A stretch of DNA of 32,000 nt from Candidatus Saccharimonadota bacterium (GTDB lineage Bacteria > Patescibacteriota > Gracilibacteria > Absconditabacterales > Absconditicoccaceae), in contig JAUIDC010000001.1 in assembly GCA_030429145.1 (NCBI GenBank), positions 120,001 to 152,000 on the forward strand. Direction: 5' to 3'. The position numbers and the translations under genes are program-made. The notes beneath the pieces were generated by a model. That model saw only the letters and a list, made by a program, of their open reading frames with translations. It searched no databases and was not told the origin of the DNA. Shown here piece after piece: positions 31,682-32,000 of this stretch. Numbering within the stretch: the first letter of the stretch is position 1; each line of letters begins with the position of its first letter.

Positions 31682-31882
31682 ATGTTCCAGACTATCGGCA
31701 ATGGTCATAATAAAGGCTATGACGATTACAATTATTACAATGAACAGATAGCTCATAAAGACTGAGTGCAACAGAAAAAAGAAACTACCGCTGCTATCAT
31801 TGAAGCACTTTCAGACAAGAAAGAAGAGCCAGTTAAAAAAGAAGGTGATGATGAATACATTCAATCCATCCCAGCTTGTTAA
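31682..31882 (+). CDS. small hypothetical protein (66 aa)
   Basis: ATG 31682 to TAA 31880-31882 with one UGA: MFQTIGNGHNKGYDDYNYYNEQIAHKD-G-VQQKK... It lies downstream of a promoter-like site. The composition is low-complexity, so coding status is uncertain. Confidence 0.3.
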
Positions 31883-31906
31883 TTTTTGATTATATAACGT
31901 CATATA

Positions 31907-32000
31907 GGATGAACCTGAGTATGCGTATAAATATAAATCATCTACCTGCACAGGAATCAGAATTAAAACAGCTAGCGACTATTTGTAGGCAAACAAGATT
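31907..32000 (+). CDS. 5' end of an unidentified ORF that runs off the window
   Basis: Open frame from ATG 31907 (MNLSMRININHLPAQESELKQLATICRQTR...) to the window edge. Too short to identify. Confidence 0.25.

Noticed and set aside
1-32000. UGA read as Trp (table 4, Mycoplasma-type), as an alternative explanation for the read-through.
   Set aside because: At every motif I could anchor (MAGRGTD, GRQGDPG, MGDSGALALGG, GEGGxxLSGGQ, LLGRGDML) the expected residue is Gly, not Trp.
1-32000. Search for tRNA or rRNA genes, CRISPR arrays, transposase or integrase genes and long direct repeats.
   Set aside because: I found none. All intergenic gaps are under about 220 nt and AT-rich, apart from the RNase P RNA locus. 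There is no spaced repeat array and no recombinase-like ORF under table 25.

Overview
With the standard code this window looks like a field of broken genes. Reading UGA as glycine (translation table 25, the code of Gracilibacteria/Absconditabacteria-type CPR bacteria) resolves it into about 33 intact, tightly packed genes. The evidence is direct: in-frame TGA falls on invariant Gly positions of SecA, FtsK, MraY, an ABC ATPase and SerRS. The supplied six-frame track therefore fragments most real genes, and I merged its pieces. The DNA is AT-rich by eye. Contents, left to right:
- secA (-), running without any stop into a YdeN-like serine hydrolase
- two small membrane/secreted proteins (-)
- a 935-aa orphan ORF (-) containing 11 in-frame UGAs
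- ftsK, a hypothetical gene, then mraY, a Wzy_C/O-antigen-ligase-like protein and an MsbA-like ABC exporter (+)
- a minus-strand run, listed by ascending coordinate: yraN, truB, type IV pilin, pilC, PilO-like, PilN-like, yebC and RNase P RNA
- secG and an orphan family-5 solute-binding protein (+)
- a 540-aa secreted protein behind a perfect TTGACA-17-TATAAT promoter (-)
- a SufD-like protein and a DUF1653 protein (-)
- an SLH-like secreted protein (+)
- a two-gene orphan operon (+) converging on a membrane-anchored Holliday-resolvase-like nuclease (-)
- serS, queD, xseB, a 428-aa orphan, lgt and two small or partial ORFs (+)

I saw no tRNA, rRNA, CRISPR array or obvious mobile element. The points most worth follow-up are the large orphan ORF, the truncated and fused secA, the minimal pilus locus with a non-canonical pilin, the orphan operon with its nuclease, and a recurring all-AT intergenic 14-mer. 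All functional calls rest on motif recognition by eye; no database search was run.
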